NCBI GenBank assembly: GCA_964016885.1
Contig: OZ024742.1
Coordinates: 129,146,001-129,210,000 of the forward strand
Direction: 5' to 3'
From: Eledone cirrhosa
Taxonomy: Eukaryota
DNA length: 64,000 bases
Notes under the pieces: generated by a model
What the model saw: the letters and a program-made list of their open reading frames with translations, nothing else
Database searches by the model: none
Told to the model about the DNA's origin: nothing
Shown here: positions 41,614 through 53,320 of the stretch, piece after piece
Position numbering within the stretch: position 1 is the stretch's first letter
Layout of the letters: each line of letters opens with the position of its first letter
Program-made: the position numbers and the translations under genes

Positions 41614-43212
41614 ATCATCATCATCATCATCATCATTTTACGTCCGCTTTTCCCTGCTTGCAAGGGTGGGACGGGTCTTATTCAGCACAGCATCTCTCCA
41701 CTCGTCACGGTCCCTCGTCATCTCCACCGTGAGCTTCAATGATCTGAGGTCTGTTCTCACCACCTCCGCCCATGTTTTTCGTGGTCTACCTCTACCACGT
41801 CTTCCTTCAACTGGCATTTCCTGGCACTTCTTCACCCATCGGTCATCCTCCATGCGCATCACATGTCCATACCACCTCAGTCTCCTCTCCCGTACACTAC
41901 ATTCTATCCCTCTCAGACACAGTTTCTCTCTCAACACATTTATGCTGGGTCGTTCACGCACATTTACACTGCACATCCAACGGAGCATGCTTGCCTCATT
42001 TCTCTCCAGCCGTCGCATATCTTCTGCGGTAGCTGCCCATGTCTCACTACCATGCAGCATCGCGCTCCTCACACAGGCATCATACAACCGGCCTTTCGTA
42101 CGCAGGGAGAAACCCTTCTTCGTCAACAGAGGAAGCAGCTCCCTAAACTTCTTCCAACCCGTCCTTATTCTAGATACTATGGCCTCGGAACACCCTCCTC
42201 CCATGCTAATCTGATCTCCTAGGTACCGGAAGCTATCCACCACTTCTATAGCGCCCTCTCGCATTTGAAAAATGTGTCTATCAGTGCGCCTTCTACTGTC
42301 TAATTTCCCTGTACATCTACTGCATACATATTTCTCCCTACCTGTTAGTTTGCCTGCTATCCCGCTACATCTCTTGTGTACCCAGGACCTACATTGTGTG
42401 CATTTTATAGAATTTATGCCAGTTCCTTTTCTGCATATCGAACATGGCCATTTCCCTGACGGAATCAGGGTTTTGTCCTCTTTTCTACTCATCAACACTT
42501 TTGTCTTAGCTAGATTTACTCTCAGTCCTCTTGCTTCCAACTGCTGTTTCCATAGCCGGAATTTATTCTCTAGCTCCTCTACTGATTCTGCCATAAGAGC
42601 CAGATCGTCAGCATAGAGAAGTTCCCATGGACAGCCAGTCTTAAACTCCTCTGTTATGGCTTGGAGGACTATAATGAACAAGAGCGGGCTGAGGACCGAA
42701 CCCTGATGTACTCCTACTTGTATCTGGAATTCCTCACTAAACTCCATTCCTACCCTGACTTTATTGAGAGTACCTCTGTACAAAGTTTGCACTGTCCTTA
42801 CAAGCCATTCCTCAACACCCAGCTTCCTTAGGGACCACCAGATGACAGATCGGGGTACCCTATCAAAGGCCTTCTCTAGGTCAACAAAGGCTAAGTATAG
42901 TGGCTTATTCTTCTCTAAGAACCTCTCTTGCATTTGTCTCACCAAGAAGAGGGCATCTGTTGTACTCTTCCCAGGCACAAAACCAAACTGCATCTCATCT
43001 AGTTTGACCCTTTCTCTAATTAGTTGTGCTAGAATCCTTTCTGCCACTTTCATAACCTGATCTATCAGTTTTATACCCCTATAATTGCTCCTCTCCAAAG
43101 CATCCCCTTTACCTTTGTAGCAATTTATGAGAATACTGCTGCACCAGTCTTTGGGTATGACACCACCATATATAGCCTGATTGATTATGCGTGCAACCAG
43201 TTTAGTGCCTAC
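41614..43212 (-). mobile_element. Young 5'-truncated RTE-clade LINE with (ATG)n 3' tail
   Basis: Uninterrupted RT ORF. The 3' end reads ...CCCACCCTTGCAAGCAGGGAAAAGCGGACGTAAAATGATGATG on the minus strand. No APE endonuclease domain is present (truncated). Confidence 0.95.
41638..43212 (-). CDS. RTE reverse transcriptase ORF (C-terminal ~520 aa, no true start)
   Basis: Motifs NYRGIKL, QFGFVPGKST, FVDLEKAFDRV, GVHQGSVLSPLLF, LLYADDL, FRYLG, RRLRWYGHVMRM, GRPRKTW. The first few residues of the ORF-track entry come from the adjacent antisense SINE. Confidence 0.9.
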   Translation of the reverse strand, partial: VGTKLVARIINQAIYGGVIPKDWCSSILINCYKGKGDALERSNYRGIKLIDQVMKVAERILAQLIRERVKLDEMQFGFVPGKSTTDALFLVRQMQERFLEKNKPLYLAFVDLEKAFDRVPRSVIWWSLRKLGVEEWLVRTVQTLYRGTLNKVRVGMEFSEEFQIQVGVHQGSVLSPLLFIIVLQAITEEFKTGCPWELLYADDLALMAESVEELENKFRLWKQQLEARGLRVNLAKTKVLMSRKEDKTLIPSGKWPCSICRKGTGINSIKCTQCRSWVHKRCSGIAGKLTGREKYVCSRCTGKLDSRRRTDRHIFQMREGAIEVVDSFRYLGDQISMGGGCSEAIVSRIRTGWKKFRELLPLLTKKGFSLRTKGRLYDACVRSAMLHGSETWAATAEDMRRLERNEASMLRWMCSVNVRERPSINVLREKLCLRGIECSVRERRLRWYGHVMRMEDDRWVKKCQEMPVEGRRGRGRPRKTWAEVVRTDLRSLKLTVEMTRDRDEWRDAVLNKTRPTLASREKRT

Positions 43213-43503
43213 GAAAGGTTGTGAGTTCAATTCTCAGACCGGGTGATGTGTTGTTTCCTTGAGTAAGACACTTTATTTCACATTGCTCCAGTTTACTCAG
43301 CTGTAGAAATGAGATGATAGGGACTGGGGTCCCTATCATTCCACTGCAAAGTGGTCGTGGAGGTGCCACGGCAAAAAAGCACCCAGCACTTACTGTAAAT
43401 GAGGTTGGTGTTAGGAAGGGCATCCAGCTGTAGAAATCAAGCCAGAATCAGTTCCCGTCCCACCCTTGCAAGCAGGGAAAAAGCGGACGTAAAATGAAAT
43501 GAT
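43212..43503 (+). mobile_element. tRNA-derived CORE-type SINE with RTE 3' tail (head truncated)
   Basis: B-box-like GAGTTCAATTC, CORE-like CCTTGAGTAAGACACTTTATTTCACATTGCTCCAG, AGGAAGGGCATCCAGC module, and a 3' end near-identical to the LINE at 41614. Confidence 0.9.
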
Positions 43504-43865
43504 ATACATACAAGCAAGATATGGTCACCTGCCTGACCTGGTATTGCTTACAACCGGACAACTCGTCTAACCCATGCCAGTGTGGAAAAATGGACATTAA
43601 ATGGTGATGATGATACACATATATACACACACACACACACATATACATACATACAACATGAATGGACCTGTTATTTTTCTCTGAAAACTTTTTTTCCAAT
43701 TCCACCCAGTCAGTCCCTTCAATCTTTCTAATTTCTTATTCTTTCTGCTGATGAAGGACTAGCGTCTTAAATGTTAAGACCCTCTTCCTGCTATTTCAAG
43801 CATTAAACTAATATATTCCTTCCATATACTGTACCGCTTGTGTTGTTATTTCTGTTTACCTTTTA

Positions 43866-43896
<31 letters not shown>

Positions 43897-45140
43897 AGTA
43901 GAAGGGGTATTTAGTTTGTTGGAAATCCGACAAATATAAATATAAATGTTTATAACTGATTTAGAGCACTCAACAGTTTACTGGAGTAAATATTCAATGA
44001 TATTAAATAAATGGAAACTATATTTACAAAACCATATTTATTTTATTATATATATTTCAAGGGTACCAAAAAGACTTTGGTACGCTTTCTTCAGATAAAA
44101 TACAAAGTTTGTTTTATAAATAGAGACATACCCAGGAAAATCATACCTTATCAGTTGGATATTCTCTGTGTGTGTGTGTGTGTATGCATACTTACACTTA
44201 TGTATCTGCTGTGCTAGGGCGAAGGAATTTCGGAGATTGCCTGAGAGGGATCTAGGTGGCCGTGTGTTGCTAGTGTCAGTCTGACACTGATCTGGACATT
44301 TACAAGATTTTTATTCAGATCACCATTCCATCACATTACTCCTTTTGATACTAATCGGCCCCAAACTGACCCCGATTAGCTCACACCTATGCAGGTTTAG
44401 CTAGCCACCTATGATGTTGCATCTCCATAAGAGGATTCTCAGGTATTTTAATGATAGGGATCCCAGTTTTATCATGAAAAGCAACAGGAAGTGAAGTATC
44501 TTGTTTAACACAGAAAGCACAACAGAATGATGACCATATGATTGTGAGTCCAGCCCTCCATCCATTAGGACACATGATTAGTTCTACAATTCAAAACTGT
44601 TTGCATTAAAGTGTATATATTTATTGAAAAAAACTCATAATTTTATGCAAGAACCTTTGTTAAGTTATATTCCAAATACTGAATACCACCCAATTATTTA
44701 AAAAACAGGCAGTTTTCCCCTTGGAAAAATGGTAACAAAAGGGTTTTGAAAAATAATCAACAAATATATTAGCTTCATTTTTACTGTTTCAATCGATTTT
44801 CTTTTAGTGGCCTTGGCAGTTTTGTGTGTTGTGAGAATATTGCCTTTATCAAAGAATTAAGGTCAGTTGTAGTTAAGTGTGTGTGAGTACCAAGTGTATG
44901 TGTTAATTCTGAAATAAGAGCTTATTATTGGCAATCTCATGGGAGTGAGGTAGAGGTGGAGCAATTGACAGCACTGGAACTATTGCCATTATCAAGATTG
45001 CAGATGGGATGGGGGGGTAAGATGAAAGTGAGTTTGTGTGCGTATGCATGCGTGCGAGCATGTGTGCGTGAGTGCATACATGCATATATATGTGTGTACA
45101 TGTGCATGAAAAGTTTCAGGCACATGTGTCACCGAAGACA

Positions 45141-45353
45141 TTAACCCTTTTGATACCAATTCGTCCAAAACCGTCTCTGGTTTTATAAAACAAAACCAAC
45201 CATTTTATAGAATTCTGTCCTTCTGACATGATTTGAAGTTAATACCAAGTTAATAATGAAATAATTAATAATTTTAGTAAATCCTTCCAAATTCATCATT
45301 AATTAATTGAAATATAGTGTATTCCATTAGAAATATGGCAATGAAACGGTTAA
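45141..45353. mobile_element. piggyBac-type MITE
   Basis: TTAACCCTTTTGATACC...GAAACGGTTAA. Similar copies at 53942-54185, 56648-56829, 63411-63594, 31566-31863, 48401-49097. Confidence 0.75.
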
Positions 45354-45789
45354 CCAAGGGTGATTATACAATATATACTTCAGCCAAAAACTGCCTAACT
45401 GATCTACTGGAGCCAATATAACAGTTTTTACATGGATGCTCGACAATGGGAGCGGTGATGGTGGTGGTGGTGGTGATGATAATATTGATGATGAGAAATA
45501 AAAATTTATATTTAATAATATAAAACAAATTTGAAAATATAGTTGCCACAATACAGAGAATCAAACTATCATCTCACATATGCTGGGAGAACATGTTTAA
45601 ACATCGGAAAGTTGTTTGTGACAGGTACGCTAGGTTAGAAATAAGACTAGCAACTTCAGAGAGCATGTTTAACCCTTTTGCACTATATAGCGGTAATAAT
45701 CTAAACATAATCTCAATCAGATTTTGTTTTTAATGGGATTGGGGGGAAGAGGGGGGCTTTTTTTTTCTTCTTTGCAATGAAATGAACAT

Positions 45790-46404
45790 GTGATGAACCC
45801 AGCACTTCATCTGGTAAAAGAGCAAGGTCTAGACTCTTTACAGTTGAGGAAATTATTGATGATATTTATTCTATGGATGAGAGTGAGCAAAAGTGCATTT
45901 GGTAATCTGAAGGGAGGTAGGCGTAAAATCCAAACTAGCTATCTTCAATTCAGTATTCATGCCAACACTTACCTATGGTCATGAATTTTGGGTAATGCCC
46001 AAAAGAATACAATCGTGAATACAAGCGTCCAAAATAGGGTTCCTCCGAAGGGTCTTTGGAGTAACGTTACTTGATAGAGTGTGTAGGTCGGACATCAGAA
46101 AGTCACTCCAGGTAGAGCCACTACTTCTCTGAATTGAGATATCACAGCTCTGATATTATGGGTATGTGGTTAGAATGTTACAGGAAAGAACCACTGGACA
46201 GAATTTATGGGTAAATCCAACCAAAAGGAGACCCAAGCGTAGACCCCAAGCAAGATGGTTGGATAACATCCATGAGCTTGGCTGGTCTCGCTTGGGAATC
46301 TAGCTGGATCAGTTGGAGATGGTTGCTTCTGACAGGACCCACTGGAAGGAGAGTTTGAGGGCTCAGCCCCCATGACCTTCTCAGGATTAAGTGGAAGAAG
46401 AAGA
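45790..46404 (+). mobile_element. 3' fragment of the Expander-like RTE
   Basis: Colinear with 16850-17410; GAAGAAGAAG tail. Confidence 0.85.
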
Positions 46405-46954
46405 GTAAAGATGTTGGATTGGCAATATTAGCCAAATGTCGGACAACATGCTTTGCAGCATAGAGTTACGGCCCTTTAAATTCTGAATTAGGTTAGCTTT
46501 GTCTTTCATCCTTACAGGGTTGATAAACTAAAAGCTCCAGTAATTCACTGAGAGTCAATTTAATCGATTTTCCACTCCCAAAAAATTTGTTGGCCTTGTG
46601 CCCAAACCAGAAATCATTATAAAGCCTTTAATGTTTTTACTTTTGAGAAAGTTATGTTAATATGGTTTCATGTGCTACATGATATTAAGAGTTAACTCTA
46701 CATGTTAAAGTTGATCTAAGAAACTTAGTGAACCAATTACAGAAAACTTGAACCCAAGAAATTTGAACAAAGAAGTCCATTACTTTCTCCAACTGACCAT
46801 ATATGTCCATTACTTTCTTCAACTGACCATCATACACAGACACACACCTCTTAAATTCAAATATAGTATCTTGGCAGAAAGCAATCAACACAAGTGGGAT
46901 GGAAAGCAAAAATCAATCTGAAGAATGCAAAGATTTTGATGTAGAAAAATACAT

Positions 46955-46955
<1 letters not shown>

Positions 46956-46995
<40 letters not shown>

Positions 46996-47079
46996 GTGTG
47001 TGGTGTGTGGTGTGTGGTGTGTGTGTGGTGTGTGGTGTGTGGTGTGTGGTGTGTGGTGTGTGGTGTGTGTGTGTGTGTG
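46956..47079. repeat. (TG)n/(TGTGG)n microsatellite
   Basis: Direct reading. Confidence 0.95.
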
Positions 47080-49093
47080 CATGCATCCTTCTCTCTCTGA
47101 ACATATTTAACAATAAAGAGAAAAAGGTTACACTTTAGTTTGCTTTTCCTGGGATTATATGAATGAAGCACGCATAAGAATGTGGGAATCTACGGAAGCT
47201 CGAGGCGAGGTGAAGATGATGTATTGGATGTTTAATGTCAACCTACATAAGCGGCAGAGCATAAGTGAACTGATAGAACGGCTAGGCATTAAAAGGTAGC
47301 AACTGAAGTGTGTAGAAGGGATGATGAGTGTCTGTATGGAGACGTGATGCAAAGGAATGATGTGTGTTGAGAGGGGGGGGGTTGCTGTATGCTGTTAGAA
47401 GGTACCCATAGAAATAATAGAACAAAGAAGATCTGAGAAAAAGTTAGAACGTAACACTACAAGATCCTGCATCTCAAATAACAAATGTTGAAATACTGGA
47501 AACAGTTACAAATATATATAACAAGGCAGACCTTTCAAATCCATGCAAGCATGGAGAAATAAGTGACAATGATGATGATGATGATTGTTTCTAATATTGG
47601 TACAAAAGAGAAAGTTGATTAAATTGACTTCAGTACATGACTAGTACTTTATTTTATTAACCCCGGAAAGATGATAGAGAAAGATGACCTCAGTGAAATT
47701 GGAAACCAGAATGTAGCGGGTCGTAACACTGCAATTCATTTCATCTAACACACTAATGATGCTACAAATTCCTTGCTCTGATAATGACAACAAGAATGAA
47801 ATACAATATAACATGATTTTCCCTCAGATGGCACCAAGATAAAACTGACAACAATAAGAAAATATCACAATGGAATAGAGATCTCTGACAGTTTCAACGA
47901 TCAGTATTCCAGCTTGTTTGATCAACTGAGCAGCTTGCTCATGAAATTAATGAGAAAATGGTTTAGTTTTTTATTGTGTATATCCTTAACATAGTTTTAA
48001 GGGAGACTCAGCTGATCCTATCAACTAAAGGTACAGTCCAGCTATTCAATAGGCTTCCAAACAGTTCCCTGTGTACCCAGTTTCACTTAGGGATATGGTA
48101 AATGACATTTGCTCTAGATGCCACAAAGTGGAGTTAAACCTGGGACCTAAAGATTGCAAAGTGAACTTCTTAACCATTTAGCCATGCTGCATCTACAAAG
48201 AGTCACACTAGCAATAAAACATACTGAATCATCAGTTCAGCAAACATATTATTCATGATATACACATGATTAATTTTTGAATAAACAGCAACATTCATGA
48301 AAAGCTTGACAAAATAATAACCCTGTAGCCACGAACTACCAAGAGAAAAAAATAAAAATTATGTAAATACATGAACATAAAATACAGATAAAACCATTGT
48401 TTAACTCTTTTGACACTAAACCACCAGAAACTACTACTGGTTCTTTGATAAGAAATTGTTTGTTTTTAAATGTTTATATCTATCTAAAAAGCATTCCATT
48501 ATAATTTTATGTAAGAACTTTTGTTAAGTTATATTCCAAACACCAGCTTGATAATGTTAGTTATATTACTAAATCCCCACCCCCACCCCCACCATTGATT
48601 ATTTTCACAATTATTTGTAAATCATCAGTCTTTCATTAATGAACCAATCTCATGTTAAATAATAATAATAGTGTGTGCGTGTGTGTGTTGTTTGAACAAT
48701 GGAACGTGTTTGGTACCATATTTGGAAGGATTTAGTAATATAACTAACTTTCTCATTATTAAGCTGGCGTCTGAAGCATAACATGACAAATGTTTTTACA
48801 TGAAATAGATAAATAAAGCAAAACGATCAACAAGTTCCCAGACCTCATTCACTTACCAAGTGGGGTGGAACTCATCAAATCAGACTAAGGAAGAGCAACA
48901 TGAAATAAAATGACTTGCTCAAAGACATAACACATCGTCCGGTCCAAGAATTAAACTCACAACCTCACAATTGCAAATCCAATTCTTTAACCAATAAGCA
49001 AGCTCTGTGCCTTTACTAAATATAAACATTTTAAAACAAGCAGTTTGTCTCATAAAACCAGGAGCAGTTTGAAGTGGTTTGGTATCAAAAGGG

Positions 49094-49321
49094 TTAACCC
49101 TTTAGCATTTATATTACTCTATATATACTATTGTATTTTCATGGTAAACACTTTATTTCACATAATTATCTCACATAATATCAATCTATGAGATTTTGAT
49201 AATATTTATTTTGAGAAGAATACCTTAACATAAGTATGAGTAGCCATTTACAGCCAATTTGAACAGAAAGAGGTGAGAGAATTCTGGTCGGATACAGCCG
49301 GTTTGAATGCTAAAGGGTTAA
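49094..49321. mobile_element. Second piggyBac-type MITE family, sharing a TTAA with the neighbouring MITE
   Basis: TTAA|CCCTTTAGCATT...AATGCTAAAGGG|TTAA with perfect 12-bp TIRs. Confidence 0.85.
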
Positions 49322-49871
49322 GAGTACAAGTGTCTGTAGAATCTGTAATTCAAAGGGCTGAGTGTATCATGCTGAATTGACCTGAGAATTATTGTAAGAG
49401 TACACATCTGTGGAATGCTCAGTCACCTGCAAGCTGTTCCATTGATTGAACAACTGGAATACTCACTGTTGAAACCAGCAGTGGACCATTTACATTGTTA
49501 CATATGTCTGGATATGTTTAGTTGTGTATGTATAGCAAGATATAAAATATGTAAAAGAAAAAAAAATGAATACCAATAAATAAAACTTTTGTAATAGTAG
49601 TGGTAGTGGTGGTGGTGAGCATTACTATGAAATATTTATAGAAACTAGCAGCCCAACATTACATGTGTAATGTAAAGGATTGGTGTTGTAACTGGAAGCA
49701 TTAATGGAGGGGAAGAAAAAAAAGACTAAAGAAAAGAAACAACAAGAGGAGAATGGACCAGGAACTTTACAGGGATTGGTCAATATTTCAGATGACACTC
49801 TAATGTTGTCATCTTTGATTCTCTACATATTTATTTATATCACATAGTAATTACATCATAACCTATTTATA

Positions 49872-50125
49872 GAGGCACATGGCCTAGTGGTAAGGGTGTT
49901 GGATCATAATGTTGGGGTTTAATTCCTGGATTGGGTTGTGTTCTTGAGCAAAACACTTCATTTCCCATTGTTCCAGTATACTCAACTGAAAATGTGTACC
50001 AGTAAAAGCTGGCGGTTTAACCCTGCAATGTACTGGCATCCTGTTTATGGAGGGAGGAGTCTTGTACTCTTAGTTGCTTAATGCCATGGAAACCAGGACA
50101 AGTACCTGCATGATGAACCACTTGA
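49872..50125 (+). mobile_element. Older CORE-type tRNA SINE with a different tail
   Basis: GAGGCACATGGCCTAGTGG head and CTTGAGCAAAACACTTCATTTC CORE-like body. Related decayed copies at ~470-690, ~9495-9780, ~21625-21730, ~48850-49010. Confidence 0.7.
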
Positions 50126-50184
50126 GACAGATGTTTATTTATCATGTGTGCATGAGTGTGATCTATTTACCAGAAGGGTCAGTC

Positions 50185-50450
50185 AGCCTTGTGGTCCTGG
50201 CAGAGAACAGAATGGAGGAAACATTGCCCCAGAGAATGGAGAGGAAGATGCTGGAACAGCCACTGCACCTTACAGGGCTTACACTTGCAGGTAGCGAACT
50301 CTACTCTGATAGCAGTGAGTAGGGATGTGGTCCAGGGACCAAGAATGCTGAAGTCTTCACTGGCACAGGCTCAATGGCAAACCTATCAGAAAGCAGCCGA
50401 TACTTTGACAGTTTGCACTCTTTGGCCCGAGAAGAAGCAAAGCCTGCACT
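50185..50450 (+). mobile_element. Degenerate 3' end of a REL-endonuclease LINE (R2/NeSL/HERO-like)
   Basis: Across frames VVLAE.RMEE..ERK...L...AV(E)VGCG...KAAD...LW..K resembles the ELTVPWEE..ERK..KY..VEVGCRG..SxWLW.KR motif string. Confidence 0.5.
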
Positions 50451-51349
50451 GATGGCCAACTCCGCTCTGATAGCAGTTATACACATTTCTGATGATGAGT
50501 ATCCAAATGGTTTGATCAACAAAACAGCCTGCTTATGAAATCAATGTGCAAGTGGCTGATTAAATCAACCCCCAGTACTTGACTGGTACTACATTTTACT
50601 GACATCAGAAGATGAAAGGCAAAGTTGACATTGGTGGGATATGAACTCAGAATATAAAGAGCCAGAACAAATACTGCAATGACATTTTCATATGGCACTA
50701 CCAACTCTGCCAATCCATCACCCTTCAGTTACTTACATATTAAAATGAGTAAGCAGTTTAGTTGACTGTACAACTAAAATACTGGATTTATTTATTTTAC
50801 GTGCACAGCAGGTGTTGTATAATGTGCATGTGTGTGCACATAAGCCTGATGTTACACATATGTGCAGGTGTTGCACTGTGTACATATATATGAGTGCATG
50901 CAGCAGCTGTTGCATTAAATGTGTATATTGTGCCTGCACAATAAGAGAGGTAGACAGACACACAAGAAGGCTAACCACAACTTGTCAACAAAGAAATCTC
51001 AGCCAGCAGTTGATGCATTAACAGACAGTATATATATCATCATCATTGCCGTTGTTTTAATGTCCACTCTGCCTGCTAGTGAGGGTTGTATGAGACTATA
51101 GAGACCAAGTCAGTATTGAAGCGGGGGTCACTGATCTCCCAGGCAGGCCAGGGATCTGTGTCTCGCTTTTATGTACAGTCTCACGTTCCACCGAGAGGTT
51201 GTCATGACACACACACACACACACACACGGACACACACACACTCACACTGTATGTGATTCAGTGAATATCTGGTGGTGGTACCAATATGAGCACTTGATA
51301 ATAAGAAAAACGAAGTTTTATTTACATGTATTTAGAGTTTTATTGTCTA

Positions 51350-51577
51350 TCAACCTGTTATGCACATTTCACAGAGGATTAACTCAAGGTCACCCATGGA
51401 AGTTATGGGCCCAACCTCAGTATCAATCTGCTTGTCAGTAATAAAAAATACTTTATTTTTTGTTGAATCACCAGTCTGACAGTTCATTTTCATTGGCACA
51501 GGTTGAACAAGCTGCTCATCAGGACTAACAATACCTGTTATGGCGCCATTGTAGTCGTAATTATATTCAAACTCACC
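51350..51577 (-). other. Startless 75-aa open frame followed by AATAAA; terminal exon or DNA-transposon ORF end
   Basis: GEFEYNYDYNGAITGIVSPDEQLVQPVPMKMNC...ELILCEMCITG*; not recognised. Confidence 0.3.
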
Positions 51578-51839
51578 CTATGGACTTCAGTTGCTCTATA
51601 GCGTGGATATCTTTACCAACCTTCTACTACTATATATATATTTCAAGATTATAAAAGACAAACACAGAGATACAATTATGTACACAAGGACTTATTAGTT
51701 TAATTCTTGTTGGAAAAAGAAATGGAATGTCTCAGAAATATTTCATTTCATTTTATATTTACTCTATGTAAACACAAATAACATCTTGATTTTCCTTATA
51801 TATATATAATAGAAAAAACGATATATATATATTTCCTTC

Positions 51840-52135
51840 TATACATCTGTTACCAGTGCCATGAAGTTTCTCCTCCAACTCACCCAGCTTACCATCTGAA
51901 GTTCCCTTGCCTCCAACCTAGTGTCATCTTCAAGAACATCCTTCAGTGTGGTGGTTGGTCTCCCAACTCGTCTGGACACATCAGGTTCCCTCAAAAGAAC
52001 TCTGCCAGTAGGTTCATTGTGACGTTTTACTTGTCCGGCTAATGCAAGCCTCCTACACCTTATGATGCCCAAAAGGCAAAAATGTGAGCCATAGAGTGAT
52101 TTATTTGCTATGTGTAATCTCCAGGATGTTCTGAG
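51840..52135 (-). mobile_element. Old LINE 3' fragment (RTE-like, third family)
   Basis: RRLALAGQVKRH.EP...VLL.EP....RVGRP..T...VL..D is typical of the C-terminus of RTE-group ORFs. Confidence 0.7.
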
Positions 52136-52300
52136 AAAGTATCTATCTATCTATATATATATATATAGAGAGAGAGAGATAATTATGGGGGAGGGGGGGG
52201 GGTTCCGATGGGTATCAGGAAATGACCAGTTACAAAAGGTACTTAATATGTTTGTAGAGTATAGGCATCATTATTTCATATATAACTTTTACAGAACCAG

Positions 52301-52367
52301 AACTGTTTCATTCATGTGAAATCATCAGGAAAGACTTTCCTGGTGATTTCATATGAATGAAACAGTT
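52301..52367. repeat. Fold-back palindrome of two divergent hammerhead-like cores
   Basis: 33-bp arms, 2 mismatches, 1-nt spacer at 52334. Each arm reads CTG(A/G)TGA-T-TTCA(C/T)ATGAA-T-GAAAC-AG. Confidence 0.8.
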
Positions 52368-52409
52368 ATAGTCTAGTAGAAGTCATTTCTATATAATATA
52401 AGTACTGTA

Positions 52410-53320
52410 TACTGTAGCTAGAGTCATAACTGGTTGGAAAAAGTTCAGAGAGCTTATACCACTATTAGCTGCTAAAGGGTTCTCACTAAAAATGAAAGGC
52501 AGGTTGTACGATGCCTGCATACGAACAGCAATGCTGCATGGCAGTGAGACCTGGGCATTGTGTGCAGAGGATATACGCAGACTAGAGAGGAACGAAGCTT
52601 GCATGCTCCGCTGGATGTGTAACAGTAATATACGTGAACGGCAAAGCATAAACGAACTAAGGAATAAATTAGAGATAAGAGGGATCAGATGTTGTTTACT
52701 CGAGAGAAGGCTACGTTGGTATGGACACGTGATGCGCATGAAAGTCGATAGCTGTATAACAAAGTGCAGGGCAATAAAGATAGACGGTAGTCACGGAATA
52801 GGCAGACCTAGAAAAACCTGGGACGAGCTGATAAACTCCGACATCACACACTTACACCTCTCCAAGACAATGTCACTGGACCGAGACCTTTGGCGGTACT
52901 CAGTAACAGAGAAGACCCGCCTTACCTAAATATATAGTAAAACCTACTCCAGCCAGTAGGCATCTCTAACAAATACACCCCGTCCCACCACCCCCACCCG
53001 ATCCACACCACCCCGTTCTATGTAAAGTTATGTTGGTGCCGCGCCATCGAGGCCGAAACAAATGAGATCGTGTAGGTGTCACGACAAAAAAACACACAGT
53101 CCACGCTGTAATGTGGCCGTGTAGGCAACACGGTAAAAACCTCCCAGACCCACACTGTAAATGTGGTTGGTGTTAGGAAGGGCATCCAACTGTAGAAAAC
53201 CTGCCAGACAGTCCTATGCGAGCAAGACAATCACTCTTGCCTCAAGTGGGACTACCCCCGTCCAAACCCATGCAAGCGTGGAACACGGACGTTAAACGTT
53301 GATGATGATGATGATGATGA
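52410..53320 (+). mobile_element. 5'-truncated RTE LINE with a long SINE-like 3' UTR
   Basis: ORF 52492-52929 (GRLYDAC..AMLHGSETW...RRLRWYGHVMRM...GRPRKTW...EKTRLT*), then ~390 nt containing the AGGAAGGGCATCCA module and an RTE-type (TGA)n end. Confidence 0.9.

Noticed and set aside
41666-43060. Plus-strand ORFs overlapping the RTE
   Set aside because: Antisense shadows of the RT ORF
51495-51525. CTGATGA on minus strand (also isolated CTGAnGA at ~12557, ~50489, ~59720, ~61016)
   Set aside because: No stem II followed by GAAA
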